Positions 59,900 through 64,000 of a stretch of DNA of 64,000 nt are shown here, piece by piece (within the stretch, counting starts at the first letter, position 1; every line of letters begins with the position of its first letter). The stretch is taken from positions 21,171 through 85,170 of the forward strand of contig JAEOTO010000007.1 of the NCBI GenBank assembly GCA_016839805.1, given 5' to 3'. Under the pieces are notes generated by a model, which was given only the letters and a program-made list of their open reading frames with translations, had not been told where the DNA came from and searched no databases. A program made the translations under genes and the position numbers. The stretch is from Candidatus Hermodarchaeota archaeon (lineage in GTDB: Archaea > Asgardarchaeota > Hermodarchaeia > Hermodarchaeales > Hermodarchaeaceae).

Positions 59900-61204
59900 A
59901 TGTCTGAAGAAGCAGCAGTTAGTAGTAGTCGGCGCTATTTCGTTGTCTTAGGAGCATTAATTATCCAAGTTTGTTTGGGTTCCATCTATGCTTGGTCCAT
60001 TTTCCAAACAGCACTTAGGGGTGGCATCTATAATTGGCCTTCCTTCTGGACACAACTACCCTTTGCAGCGGGCCTTGCCTCCTTTGCGGTATTCATGATT
60101 TTCGCAGGACGATGGCAAGATCGCGTTGGTCCACGAAAAGTTGCCATGCTCGGAGGAATTCTTCTCGGAGTCGGATACCTCATTGCAGGACTCGTAGACA
60201 TTGTCAGTGGAGGAAATCCTGCTATTGGTACCGCATGGTTAGTATTAACTTACGGAATCATTGGAGGAGCAGGCATCGGTTTCGCCTATGTCTGTCCTAT
60301 TGCCGCCCTAGTCAAATGGTTCCCTGACAAAAAGGGATTAATAACCGGTATCGCGGTAGCAGGTTTTGGCGCCGGAGCCCTTGTCATGGGTTATGTTGAA
60401 ACAGGGTTACTTTCCCTACCAATCATCTTTCCAATGGTTGGTGGAGCATTTTTGATCCTGGGTGTGCTCTACCTAATCCTTGTCGTTCTCGGAGCACAAA
60501 TCCTGTTTAATCCTCCTCCAGGCTGGATACCCCCAGGGTATCAACCAACTGCAGGAACCGCTGATTCCAAAGGAAAGGAGTTCATGCCGCGTGAAATGAT
60601 TAGTACAATTGTATTCTGGTTAATGTGGTTCATGTTCCTGTTCGCTGCAACAGCGGGATTAATGACACTAGGAAATGTGAAAAGTGCTGCTCAAGCTATT
60701 GATCCCATTACTGCAGCTGATCCTATAATATGGGGTTTTATTGCGGCTCTAATTGTGGGTGTCATGTCTATCTTCAACGCAGCTGGACGGATTGTTTGGG
60801 GTGCGATTTCTGATCGAATTGGTCGGGTCACCACTTTGGTGATAATGTTCGTGTTACTCACGATCGGTATGTTTAGCTTCGCTTATCTGAGTACAACCAT
60901 AGCTAGCTGGGTCATCGTGATGACTGTGGCTTCGCTTATCGGCTTCTGCTTCGGAGGAAACTTTGCCCTCTTTCCATCCTCAACCGCTGACTACTTCGGC
61001 TCGAAGAACGTGGGCTCAAATTATGGTGTCTTATTCACCTCTTATGGGGTAGCAGGAATCGTTGGGGCACTCGCCGCAGGACTAATTGTTGACATCACAG
61101 GCAGCTACTTCATGGCATTCGTTCTTACAGGGGTACTAGCCATCGTGGCTATCATTCTAGCCCTAGCTTTGTATCGTATCCGTCGACCAACTGCAAAGAA
61201 ATAA
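59900..61204 (+). CDS. OFA-family (oxalate:formate antiporter-like) MFS transporter
   Basis: GSIYAWS, GRWQDRVGPR, KWFPDKKGL, GRIVWGAISDRIGR and FGSKNVGSNYG motifs. Confidence 0.92.
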   Translation: MSEEAAVSSSRRYFVVLGALIIQVCLGSIYAWSIFQTALRGGIYNWPSFWTQLPFAAGLASFAVFMIFAGRWQDRVGPRKVAMLGGILLGVGYLIAGLVDIVSGGNPAIGTAWLVLTYGIIGGAGIGFAYVCPIAALVKWFPDKKGLITGIAVAGFGAGALVMGYVETGLLSLPIIFPMVGGAFLILGVLYLILVVLGAQILFNPPPGWIPPGYQPTAGTADSKGKEFMPREMISTIVFWLMWFMFLFAATAGLMTLGNVKSAAQAIDPITAADPIIWGFIAALIVGVMSIFNAAGRIVWGAISDRIGRVTTLVIMFVLLTIGMFSFAYLSTTIASWVIVMTVASLIGFCFGGNFALFPSSTADYFGSKNVGSNYGVLFTSYGVAGIVGALAAGLIVDITGSYFMAFVLTGVLAIVAIILALALYRIRRPTAKK

Positions 61205-61224
61205 TCTGAGGCGCTCTGGGCCGT

Positions 61225-61974
61225 TTACTTCTTCTTTTTGTGCCCAATTACACTGAGGTATATGGCACTTTCATTTTCGCCATCTATCTGTAACAAATGG
61301 TTCACTTCATCATCAAAAAATGCTGCCACTTGACAACTTCCTAGCCCTAAACCCTCAACAGCCAAGGCCAAATTTTGAGCAATATGTCCTGCATCTAAAA
61401 AGACATAACGAAAGGCCCGTTGTCGATATTTCCATTTAGATCTTTCAAAGATTGCCGTCCAAATAATCACCACATTTCCCTCAGCAAGCATTCCTTGATC
61501 CAATGCAGCCCTTGCGAGTGCTTCACCGTAGTCTCCTTTATTGATAAGCTCAAGAGTGCCCTTTTCAATGCAATAATGATACATTCCAGGCTCAATACCA
61601 GTAACATTATTGATGCCAAGATACGTTTCAACAGGGTATAATCCTCCTGCTGAGGGCGCAGTTCGCAAGCCAATAACTTCACCATATGCAGGTACTCCAG
61701 GCTCAGTGACCCCTTGAATTGCCCAAAGAATTTGTGATAGCTCTTCTTTAGACATGGCTTTGCCTGAAAACTTACGGACACTTCGTCTTTGGTTCAAGAG
61801 CTGCCAAAGACCAGGTCCTTGTTGCGTTTGCGGAGCTGGTAATCGAATTTGCTTGGAGTTCTCATAGACCTTATACGCAGGAGGTTTCGTTCTCAGGTTG
61901 AGAGGTTGTCGAGGTAACTTGTCACGTTCATACTTAGTATTCCTGCAGAACTGAGAACCTATTTCGTTTGACAT
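61225..61974 (-). CDS. SagB/ThcOx-type nitroreductase family protein
   Basis: RRSVRKF, RTAPSAGGLYP, DAGHIAQNL and FFDD motifs. Confidence 0.9.
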   Translation of the reverse strand: MSNEIGSQFCRNTKYERDKLPRQPLNLRTKPPAYKVYENSKQIRLPAPQTQQGPGLWQLLNQRRSVRKFSGKAMSKEELSQILWAIQGVTEPGVPAYGEVIGLRTAPSAGGLYPVETYLGINNVTGIEPGMYHYCIEKGTLELINKGDYGEALARAALDQGMLAEGNVVIIWTAIFERSKWKYRQRAFRYVFLDAGHIAQNLALAVEGLGLGSCQVAAFFDDEVNHLLQIDGENESAIYLSVIGHKKKK

Positions 61975-61983
61975 ATTACAACC

Positions 61984-62955
61984 TCATTTTGTTTTCAAGA
62001 ATTTAACCGCTTTAATTGCCCAATCCGGGTCGTTCTTTAATGCACGTCCTATCGCAATGAAATCTACTTTCCCTTCCCGAATAACTTGGTCTACAAATTG
62101 CGGCGTCTTAACGCCCCCTACACCAATAACAGGAATATCCACAGATTGTTTGATTGCATGGGCTTGCGGTACAAAGAAGCCTTCCTCTGCAGCCAATGAA
62201 GAGGGGGCACTACCACAGAGGCCTCCTGACACGTTAATTATATCGACACCAGCAGCCGCCAGTTGTTTAGCGAATTGTTGTGAATCTTCGATTTGTGTTC
62301 CCATCATCTGAAGATCTACGGAGCCCAAACGATAAGATAGGAACCGTGTACCAATCTGCTTACGGACCTGCCGTACTATTTCTAAGGGGAATCGAATACG
62401 GTTTTCAAAGCTCCCGCCATACATATCAGTACGATGATTAGTTAGCGGAGACGAGAATTGATTTAATAAGAACCCATGGGCACCATGAACTTCCACTCCA
62501 TCGAATCCAGCACTCACTGCACGATCAGCAGCCCGACTAAATGCATATCTCAAAGCTTCAATCTCTTCTACCATAAGTTCTCGTGCTCCTTCTTTCGCTG
62601 AGGGAGCCACCCGCTCAATGCCCAATTTTTCGTCAGCTTTCGCTCCAGCATGGGTAATCTGCAATATTATCCGTGTGTTGAAAGGTTGAATTCGTTTGAC
62701 CAGTTCCTTTAGTCCTGGCACCAAATGATCATCATAAATGCCTAATTGTCGTTTTGCTCGTTGACCGTTTAAACTCACATAGCTATGCTCAACGATAATG
62801 AGTCCTAAAGCCTCTGCTCGTTGCTCATAAAATTTAATGAGTTTCTCTGTGACACCACCTTCTACGGTAGCATGGTCTCCTTGCATGGGTGGCATGACAA
62901 AGCGGTTTTTAAAAAAAACGCCTTTCACCTTTAATGAATCTAAAACACTAGACAC
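61984..62955 (-). CDS. NADH:flavin oxidoreductase (Old Yellow Enzyme family)
   Basis: NRFVMPPM, QITHAG, GFDGVEVHGAHGFLLNQF and NHRTDMYGGS motifs. Confidence 0.93.
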   Translation of the reverse strand: MSSVLDSLKVKGVFFKNRFVMPPMQGDHATVEGGVTEKLIKFYEQRAEALGLIIVEHSYVSLNGQRAKRQLGIYDDHLVPGLKELVKRIQPFNTRIILQITHAGAKADEKLGIERVAPSAKEGARELMVEEIEALRYAFSRAADRAVSAGFDGVEVHGAHGFLLNQFSSPLTNHRTDMYGGSFENRIRFPLEIVRQVRKQIGTRFLSYRLGSVDLQMMGTQIEDSQQFAKQLAAAGVDIINVSGGLCGSAPSSLAAEEGFFVPQAHAIKQSVDIPVIGVGGVKTPQFVDQVIREGKVDFIAIGRALKNDPDWAIKAVKFLKTK

Positions 62956-63094
62956 AATCTTACCTCCGTGTTCAATATTGGCTCATGACAAGCTTCTTGA
63001 ATAAAAACCAACCGGCATTTCATCTGTGCCTGGCAATACCTATACATTTTTGTGGAAGAACAGAACGCCTCTTTGATGTTCAATATTTTGGATC

Positions 63095-63325
63095 GTGAAT
63101 TTGATGACCGAATGCGAGACAAAGAAGAAGCTTATCGTAGTTGAGAATTGTATCGAATGTCCTTATGTCCGTAATCAAGGAGAGTCAGGAAGCGGAAAAG
63201 TTGCCCTCTATTGTACGCACCCGAATCTTGTGACTGGAGCGAAATTCATTATCAGCTTTGATGACCTGATTCAGAAAGGTTTTACCATTCCCGACTGGTG
63301 TCCCCTTGAAGATTATACTGATTAA
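63095..63325 (+). CDS. Small Cys-rich hypothetical protein
   Basis: CIECP..CTHP..IPDWCPL. Confidence 0.6.
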   Translation: MNLMTECETKKKLIVVENCIECPYVRNQGESGSGKVALYCTHPNLVTGAKFIISFDDLIQKGFTIPDWCPLEDYTD

Positions 63326-63350
63326 TTAGCTTAGATTTTTTTGGATCACT

Positions 63351-63605
63351 TCAAGAATGCCTGATTAGGGTTTCATAATAATGCCTGCATTCTGGGCAGC
63401 TATACCCCTCGTCTGGTTGCACCTGCTTCCCACAAGCAGGACAATTGATTAGCGTTATGCTGAGCCCTCCAACGAGAGAATTCAAGGAAATTAACGCCGA
63501 TAAGGATTCGTTTTTTCGTGGAGTATTTTGGAAGGAGTTTCCATTAGGGTCTTTCTCCTCATTGAGGGCTTCTTTGATGACGGGAAGGTTATCCTCTGGC
63601 AACAA
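63351..63605 (-). CDS. Small zinc-finger-like protein (start uncertain)
   Basis: CPACG..CPEC. Confidence 0.4.
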   Translation of the reverse strand: MLPEDNLPVIKEALNEEKDPNGNSFQNTPRKNESLSALISLNSLVGGLSITLINCPACGKQVQPDEGYSCPECRHYYETLIRHS

Positions 63606-63809
63606 TCAATGTCTACTTAATTCTTTAGAACTGTGGCTAAAGCCATGAATTATGTGCTATTCTCTGTAACTTCGAAGACTTAATTGCTGTAATCTTGTTT
63701 TTAATCAAATCTAGAAGGAGAACCTTATCTTGCATCTTTAAAGAGTTGAACTGTTAATGAATATTATTCGATACACTAACCATCCTAATGACGGATTGAG
63801 GGCGTTACT

Positions 63810-64000
63810 GTGGTTTTGGTTGTAGTTTTTTGGTTGGTATTGGTCTCAGGCGTATTACATATTGTCGAGGAGACCCTCACCGGATGGGTTTCTTGGTTTC
63901 AGCGCTATATGCCTTCAATGACGGCTCGACAGTTTTGGATAGTGAATGCGCTCTTCCTTCTCCTGTGTATAACTGCACTCATGGTAAATGCGGCGCTTCC
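63810..64000 (+). CDS. HXXEE-domain membrane protein (runs off the window edge)
   Basis: Not in the ORF track. Manual translation from GTG 63810 gives VVLVVVFWLVLVSGVLHIVEETLTGWVSW..FWIVNAL. Confidence 0.7.
   Translation, partial: MVLVVVFWLVLVSGVLHIVEETLTGWVSWFQRYMPSMTARQFWIVNALFLLLCITALMVNAAL

Noticed and set aside
61225-61974. RiPP (azole) biosynthetic cluster around the SagB-like gene
   Set aside because: No YcaO or precursor peptide nearby; this is a stand-alone nitroreductase-fold gene.
48-63648. Many short ORFs in the track that overlap longer genes (e.g. 48-344, 1398-1739, 43972-44337, 55409-55927, 58398-58856)
   Set aside because: They are antisense or alternate-frame shadows of well-supported genes and have no recognisable motifs.

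Overview
Archaeal chromosomal segment, most likely from an Asgard archaeon. This is an inference from two Rab-like small GTPases, a membrane protein with a longin/roadblock-like cytoplasmic domain, IPGFPI C-terminal sorting tails, TATA boxes and isopentenyl phosphate kinase. The left end carries a tusA-dsrE-iscS-iscU operon whose IscS lacks the PLP-binding lysine, then a signalling island: four KaiC/RAD55/GvpD-type ATPases, a Rab-like GTPase, a stand-alone receiver, an archaeosortase and a 5-PAS histidine kinase, followed by acs. The middle (about 15-36 kb) is an accessory region of paralogous membrane and zinc-ribbon proteins and large surface proteins. Within it, four degenerate 29-bp direct repeats (wWTCTGkA-N7-ATTRWGACACTTTT, at 19096, 20344, 21317 and 22267) separate three unrelated single genes, which looks like a dif/Xer-type gene-cassette array; this is the top finding. 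The right part holds transporters, metabolic enzymes, an isoprenoid-kinase cluster with a pseudogene, a second Rab-like GTPase and a receptor-like surface protein. No rRNA, tRNA, CRISPR array, transposase or integrase was recognised. All calls come from reading motifs by eye; no searches were run.
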